The translations under genes were made by a program, and so were the position numbers. Source: Promethearchaeota archaeon (lineage in GTDB: Archaea; Asgardarchaeota; Lokiarchaeia; Sigyniarchaeales; SOKP01). Taken from it: a stretch of 43,558 nt of DNA. The notes under the pieces were generated by a model. The model had not been told where the DNA came from and did not search any database. It was given only the letters and a program-made list of their open reading frames with translations. Of the stretch, positions 38,841 to 43,558 are shown in pieces; position 1 is the first letter of the stretch; each line of letters starts with the position of its first letter. The stretch lies in assembly GCA_018238625.1 (NCBI GenBank), contig JABCSY010000025.1, forward strand, positions 1 through 43,558, read 5' to 3'.

Positions 38841-39980
38841 GTCCACACCTTTTATGTAAAAGCAGAAGGTACTGATGGTACAACAAGCAATTATGCCTCA
38901 ATCACATTTTCAATTGATACCACATTTATAGATACAGATGATGATGGATGGTCAGACTCAGATGAACAAAAATATGGTACCGATCCAAATAATCCAGATA
39001 ATTATCCATTAGACACTGATGGTGATGGCATACCTAACTCTGTTGATAACGATGATGATGCCGATGGTTACAGTGATGATATGGAACAATCATATGGAAC
39101 AAATCCCCTTAACCTAGATGATTATCCACTTGATACTGACAATGATGGCGTACCAGATGAGGATTCACCTGATGAAAAATACACTGGAGATATTGATGAT
39201 GACGATGATAATTTAATCGATACCATAGAAACTCGTCTTGGATCAAATCCAAAAGATGAATCAGACGTAAAGAAAATTTATATCACTGGAGAAGCGTACT
39301 ATCTTGTCGATACATCTCAGAACGGAATCTATGATATTCTCTACAATCCAACCAGTGATACAACAACAGCGGTAGAAAAACAAGGTGAAACCTATCTCAT
39401 CGACAAAAATGGAGATGCTGCTTGGGATTACACCTATAATATTGCAGATGGATCAATATCTACTCATGAAAAAGAACAATTCATCATATGGATATTCCTA
39501 TTCTTAACAATAATAATATTTATCATATCCTCTATCTTTTTGTATTATCGGAGATATCAACCTAGAAGAGTTCATAAAATACCTAAACGCTTTAAAATCC
39601 CATTTGAAATACCATCAATTAGAAAAAAACATTTGGAAGACTATGCAGGTGACCAAGATACTGCAGTAATGATCAACCAAACAAAAATATTACTCCAAAA
39701 CATACAACATGATGTTACAAGATATATGGACAAACTTAGTCAGATAGAAGATCAAATTGCAATAACCCAACTAAGTAAAGACAAACAGATAACAATTCCT
39801 CAAGAAGAAGAGATTGTTGAATTAGATGATACTCCCGATATAACAAAACCAGAGTTAAAAGAAACATTTTCTAAAGATATTGAAACAAAGATAGATGAAA
39901 TGTTATCAGATGAATTAGAAAAAAAAGTAGATTGTCTTTTATCAAAACTTGATAAAAAGGATAAAAACCAAATAAAATAA
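38841..39980 (+). CDS. C-terminal fragment of an unrelated surface protein with TSP3-like Ca-binding repeats, TM helix and cytoplasmic coiled coil
   Basis: Ig-domain end (HTFYVKAEG.DG), DTDDDGWSD.DE..YGTDP repeats, TM FIIWIFLF..., acidic tail. Confidence 0.7.
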   Translation, partial: VHTFYVKAEGTDGTTSNYASITFSIDTTFIDTDDDGWSDSDEQKYGTDPNNPDNYPLDTDGDGIPNSVDNDDDADGYSDDMEQSYGTNPLNLDDYPLDTDNDGVPDEDSPDEKYTGDIDDDDDNLIDTIETRLGSNPKDESDVKKIYITGEAYYLVDTSQNGIYDILYNPTSDTTTAVEKQGETYLIDKNGDAAWDYTYNIADGSISTHEKEQFIIWIFLFLTIIIFIISSIFLYYRRYQPRRVHKIPKRFKIPFEIPSIRKKHLEDYAGDQDTAVMINQTKILLQNIQHDVTRYMDKLSQIEDQIAITQLSKDKQITIPQEEEIVELDDTPDITKPELKETFSKDIETKIDEMLSDELEKKVDCLLSKLDKKDKNQIK

Positions 39981-39988
39981 ATTTTAAT

Positions 39989-40347
39989 GTGGAAGAAACA
40001 ATGAATATAAAAAAAACACTTACCATAATAGCATTGCTATTATTTCTACTAATTTTTTCTACAATAACCTCTGCAGATATATCTGTTCAACCCATTGAAA
40101 TATCAATCAATATGAACAATGATTTCATAAATGGAAACACATCAAAAAAAATCACAATAACAAACAATAATGACTACAATTTTAATGTTACATGGTACAA
40201 AGAACATCCAAATTCTATAAGGCCAAATAGAACAAACATATCTGATTTATCCTGGATAGATGTAGAACCAAAATGGATAATTATCCCACCGAAAGAAAAA
40301 GGAGAATTCTACATTTATCTCAACATACCAAATGTTGATGAAAACCT
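39989..40347 (+). CDS. N-terminal fragment of secreted Ig-like beta-sandwich protein
   Basis: Signal peptide (ATG at 40001 likely), ISVQP...ITITNNN...SWIDVEP..IIIPP...FYIYLNIP. Confidence 0.6.
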
Positions 40348-41017
40348 TCATAATGCAGAAGGAGTGGAATTAAAAGGCATAATATATGGAGGAAGAGATT
40401 CAGATACCTCTGTTCCTGTGGAAGAAGCATTTAACTGGGAGCATGGTATTATAACCAAGGGAGCTTCCCTTGAATCAGAAACAACAGCAGCAACACTTGG
40501 TTCTGTTGGAAAAAGAGTTTTTAATCCAATGTCAAACCTTGATTTTTTATCTGTTCCGATTGCTAAATATATAGAAAACAATCTTGATTTTGGTAAAAAC
40601 GCATCAGATCCATTAAAAATATTTTCAGTTAATTATTTTATTAAAGATAAAGAAGGTAATTTTTTAAATGAAAAAACTGATAAATCTATATGGATTAAAT
40701 GGATGGATCTCAGGTGTCATAATGAAGCAAATGCCATTAAAACACCTACAGGGTATATACCTGAATATGAAAATTTAAAAAATTTATTCAGTAATGTTTT
40801 AAATAAAGACTATTCTAAAGAAGATTATAAAAATCAATTTACAATAAGAATACCGGAAAATCTGTCTAAAATTGAAAGGATAATTGATATTTATAAAAAT
40901 AAAATACCAAACACACCTGATATTCTTTTTAAACTGCTTGAAGAGCAAAAACAGCGATTACAGGATTATAAAGATAAATATGGTGACTACATTTCACCAT
41001 TTGATTTAAAGGAATAA
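40330..41017 (+). CDS. pckG: C-terminal fragment of GTP-dependent phosphoenolpyruvate carboxykinase
   Basis: EGVELKGIIYGGRDSDT, AFNWEHG, GASLESETTAA, FNPMSNLDFL, IFSVNYF..D.EG.FL, AIKTPTGYIP.YE.L. Confidence 0.88.
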
Positions 41018-41029
41018 TAGGAGGAAATT

Positions 41030-41464
41030 ATGGCTGCAAAAGAAACAATGGATAGAGAAGTAGAAGAAGAAAAAAACATTAAAACTATTTTATCAGAAGA
41101 TATTGACTATTCCGGAAATCTTAAATTCAGCACATCTTTAAAAATTAAAGGAAAATTTAAAGGTGAAATTGATGCTACCGGTCATCTCTTTATCGGGCAA
41201 AAAGCCTTTGTTAAAGCCAATATTAAAGCAAAACAAATTACCATCTATGGAAAAATTAATGGAAATGTTGAAGCTTTTGAAAAAATTGAGCTTTTAAACA
41301 ATGCAGAATTAACAGGAGACGTTAAGACACCTGATATAATTATCCAGAGCGGTTGTTTTTTTAATGGCAACTGTATTATGACCCAAAAAGATACACATAA
41401 AATACAGCCTATTATAGAACAAAAAAACATCAAACCTGAATTTAAAGACGAAAAAAAGAAATAA
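41030..41464 (+). CDS. Bactofilin (polymer-forming cytoskeletal protein)
   Basis: TILSED...SGNL.F...LKIKG.F.GEI....L.IG..A.V.ANI.A..I.I.G.I.GNV.A...IEL...A.L.GDV....I.I..G..F.GNC. GGAGG SD. Confidence 0.92.
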   Translation: MAAKETMDREVEEEKNIKTILSEDIDYSGNLKFSTSLKIKGKFKGEIDATGHLFIGQKAFVKANIKAKQITIYGKINGNVEAFEKIELLNNAELTGDVKTPDIIIQSGCFFNGNCIMTQKDTHKIQPIIEQKNIKPEFKDEKKK

Positions 41465-41484
41465 TTTAAAAAATAATTTAATAC

Positions 41485-41513
41485 TTGACATTTAAATTAC
41501 ATTTGTTTATTAT
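41485..41513 (+). promoter_or_regulatory. Bacterial sigma70-type promoter
   Basis: TTGACA (41485-41490), 17-nt spacer, TATTAT (41508-41513). Confidence 0.75.
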
Positions 41514-41523
41514 ATGTTAATTC

Positions 41524-41671
41524 GCTGGTTACAGAACCATGTCAAACCAGCATAATTATTACGCTGGTTCGGGTTTCATAAACCGAACCATAATAACATA
41601 AAGGTTCGAGTTGTGAAACTCGAACCAGCATCATTTCATTCGATGGTTTGAGTTTCATAACTTGAACCAGC
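41524..41671. repeat. Cluster of four ~28-30-bp palindromic (REP-like) units
   Basis: Consensus (GC)TGGTTCGAGTT-N4-AACTCGAACCA(GC). Units start near 41524, 41563, 41601 and 41642. Confidence 0.8.
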
Positions 41672-41796
41672 ATAGCTATCTACACAAAAGTTATGGTTAA
41701 TTTATATTGAAATGGGAGGTGGTAAAAGTTAATCTAATCTTCTTAGTCCAACCATATAAACATACATTAAATTAAAAATCCTAAAAAGGAGGAAAC

Positions 41797-43080
41797 ATGA
41801 ATAAATCAAAATTTTTTATATTTTTAATAACTTTATTAATTTTACCAGCTATGGCTTTTGGTTATGGTGTTGACATGAATGGTAAATACGGCAGTTTTGG
41901 AAGTAGGGCAACTGCAGGTATGTGGTATGATGAGACTGATGTTCTTTTTAATGCACCAGTACGACTCTGGGAATTTAATGGAACTGCTCTTTTAACCTCA
42001 TTTGGAAATTACAGAAACTATAATAATTTAGCCGGTGCAACATTTTTGGATTGGAGTACTCCAACCAGTACTTATTATGCTGTTGGTGCTATTGGTAAAC
42101 CATTATGGTTGTTAGGAATGGACAGTATCCGAGGCGGTATTTATACTTTCCAGTTTGGAACAAAAGTAAATACTTATGATTTGGATACAGAAGGAACACC
42201 AGATTCAGAAGGAAACTATAGCAAAAACGATGTAGTCTATAATACAACAGATGGTTCTATTATCAGTAGTGAATCATGGGATGGTAAAGACATGGCTTAC
42301 TATAATGATACATCCATACAGGTTATTTCTGTTGGTTTAGCTTATAAACTAAGTGATGACATGACTTTTGGTGTTGGATTACAACTTGATAAAGATATTG
42401 ATTGTTTAACTACTGCCGGTGAAAAGAATTATTCAGATACTGATCATCTTGCTGTCCCTGTTTTACAAACAAGTGCTAAAATTATTTATCCTGAAAATGA
42501 TGCTGCTGATATGAATTCTGAATCTGAATATGCTTTAAATGCACAATTAGGATTAAAAATGGGAGATCAGATGAAAGTTAATGCACTCTTAATGGTAAAA
42601 TTGGTCTCAAAAAACAATCCTAATTCTTATGATTTAGATGCAATAGACATTTCTGCACAGGTATATGATACTGATATTTATGAAACTTATACTGAAACTA
42701 TAAATGTTAGTCAGGCTGATTATAATGATTATGCATGGGATGCTAATATAGGTGTTACTCTACTTGCTGATGGTGGTCAAAAAGGAACAACTGAATATGA
42801 AGATGACCGATCTGGTATGGATATTGGTTTAGGAGTAGATGTAGATTATGAATATGACAAGATATGTATCCTCACACCAAGTGCTTTCTTTATAACAAGA
42901 ATGGGTATGAGTATTGATGCAACAAAAACTGAAAAATATTCAATCCTAGCAAAACAGAGAGTTGCAGCAGCTACATTAGATACTTACACACATACTGATA
43001 CAGTTGTATATACAGAAGATGATGGTTCAGAAGGACAAACAACATGGGGAGCTGGTTTAAAAATCGATTTTATTAATTTA
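41797..43080 (+). CDS. Secreted/outer-membrane beta-strand-rich protein, truncated at an in-frame junction
   Basis: AAGGAGG SD, Sec signal (AMA|FG), amphipathic strands ISVGLAYKL, MTFGVGLQL, DIGLGVDVDYEY, TWGAGLKIDF. Confidence 0.6.
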
Positions 43081-43308
43081 AAAGATATTATTCATAGGAC
43101 AATCAGTGACAACGATGAAACAGTCATAGCTTCAAGTGAGGGCTCAGTTGTTATGCTGGATGAAAACGAATGGTCAAATATTAAAGAGACCCTTCGACTT
43201 CTCAGTGATAAGGAATCATTAGTTGCACTGATAGAGTCACATGCTATAAGAGATCAGGGTGGAAAGCCGGAAGGTTTGAGCGTTGAAGAAGCTTTTGGCG
43301 ATGTATAA
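43075..43308 (+). CDS. yefM: Phd/YefM antitoxin lacking its N-terminus (fused in frame to the upstream ORF)
   Basis: NLKDIIHRT..DN..TVI.....SVVML...EW..IKETL.LLS pattern. Overlaps the yoeB start. Confidence 0.8.
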   Translation, partial: NLKDIIHRTISDNDETVIASSEGSVVMLDENEWSNIKETLRLLSDKESLVALIESHAIRDQGGKPEGLSVEEAFGDV

Positions 43309-43558
43309 AGTCAATATTCTTAATAAAGCCCAATCAGATTTGGACTGGTTTCGAAGGAACGATAAAAATAGCTACATCAAATCTTTTGATTTGGTAAGAG
43401 AACTTATGATTAAGCCAAGAAAGGGTACAGGGAAGCCGGAAAGACTCAAGTATTTTGAAAAAGAGGTTTATAGCCGACGCGTTAACCACAAAGACAGACT
43501 GGTTTATACTATTTATGAAATACTCAAAGAAATTGATATTACCTCTTTTCGTGGACAT
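43301..43558 (+). CDS. yoeB: Txe/YoeB family mRNA interferase toxin (runs off window; not in ORF track)
   Basis: MYKVNILNKAQSDLDWFRRNDK...PRKGTGKPERLKY...YSRRVNHKDRLVY...SFRGH. Confidence 0.9.
   Translation, partial: MYKVNILNKAQSDLDWFRRNDKNSYIKSFDLVRELMIKPRKGTGKPERLKYFEKEVYSRRVNHKDRLVYTIYEILKEIDITSFRGH

Noticed and set aside
38415-39980. Novel Ca-sensing PhoU fusion regulating MgtE
   Set aside because: Mid-domain break, compositional shift and implausible topology point to a misjoin.
41030-41464. Bactofilin as a second Asgard cytoskeletal gene near actin
   Set aside because: It lies beyond two apparent chimeric junctions in DNA with bacterial promoter and SD signals.
5613-41491. Short overlapping or antisense ORFs in the track (e.g. 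5613-, 7368+, 8388+, 11850-, 13773-, 14414-, 15953-, 16564-, 20575-22518-, 24310-, 25839+, 27632+, 27840-, 32283+, 32960-, 36030-, 37234-, 40348-, 41245-)
   Set aside because: They are shadows of well-supported genes, with no recognisable motifs.
41524-41671. CRISPR array
   Set aside because: Units are degenerate, one is inverted, spacers are only ~10 nt, and no cas genes are present.
1-43558. tRNA/rRNA genes, transposases, integrases, reverse transcriptases
   Set aside because: None recognised by eye. Intergenic regions lack GC-rich structured stretches. tRNAscan-SE/Infernal were not run.

Overview
Bases 1 to about 38,840 look like an AT-rich Asgard archaeal (Lokiarchaeia-like) chromosome segment. 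The evidence is a Rab-like GTPase, an actin-family protein, PG[FY]-type C-terminal sorting signals, HEAT-repeat proteins, a 7-PAS histidine kinase and T-tract intergenic regions. Housekeeping and metabolic genes include purD, type IA topoisomerase, a corrinoid/methyltransferase pair, GH116, an ABC exporter and split MgtE. The best candidate for a new system is the co-oriented minus-strand cluster at 25,118-28,362. It encodes a coiled-coil/Pro-rich protein ending in a WH2-like helix+LKKI (WAVE/WASP/VASP-like layout), a PIG-L deacetylase, a divergent actin-related protein and a wHTH protein. Other notable items are a gene bracketed by a 46-bp duplication of the purD 3' end plus a 22-bp perfect palindrome, a second duplication-flanked small gene, and a tandem acidic surface-protein pair coupled to a wHTH regulator. 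From about 38,840 to the end the sequence appears chimeric. Three in-frame junctions fuse unrelated gene fragments, and the last ~3 kb has bacterial signatures (sigma70 promoter, strong SD sites, bactofilin, REP-like hairpins, YefM/YoeB), so it should not be attributed to the Asgard host without read support. All family calls are from motif recognition by eye; no searches were run.
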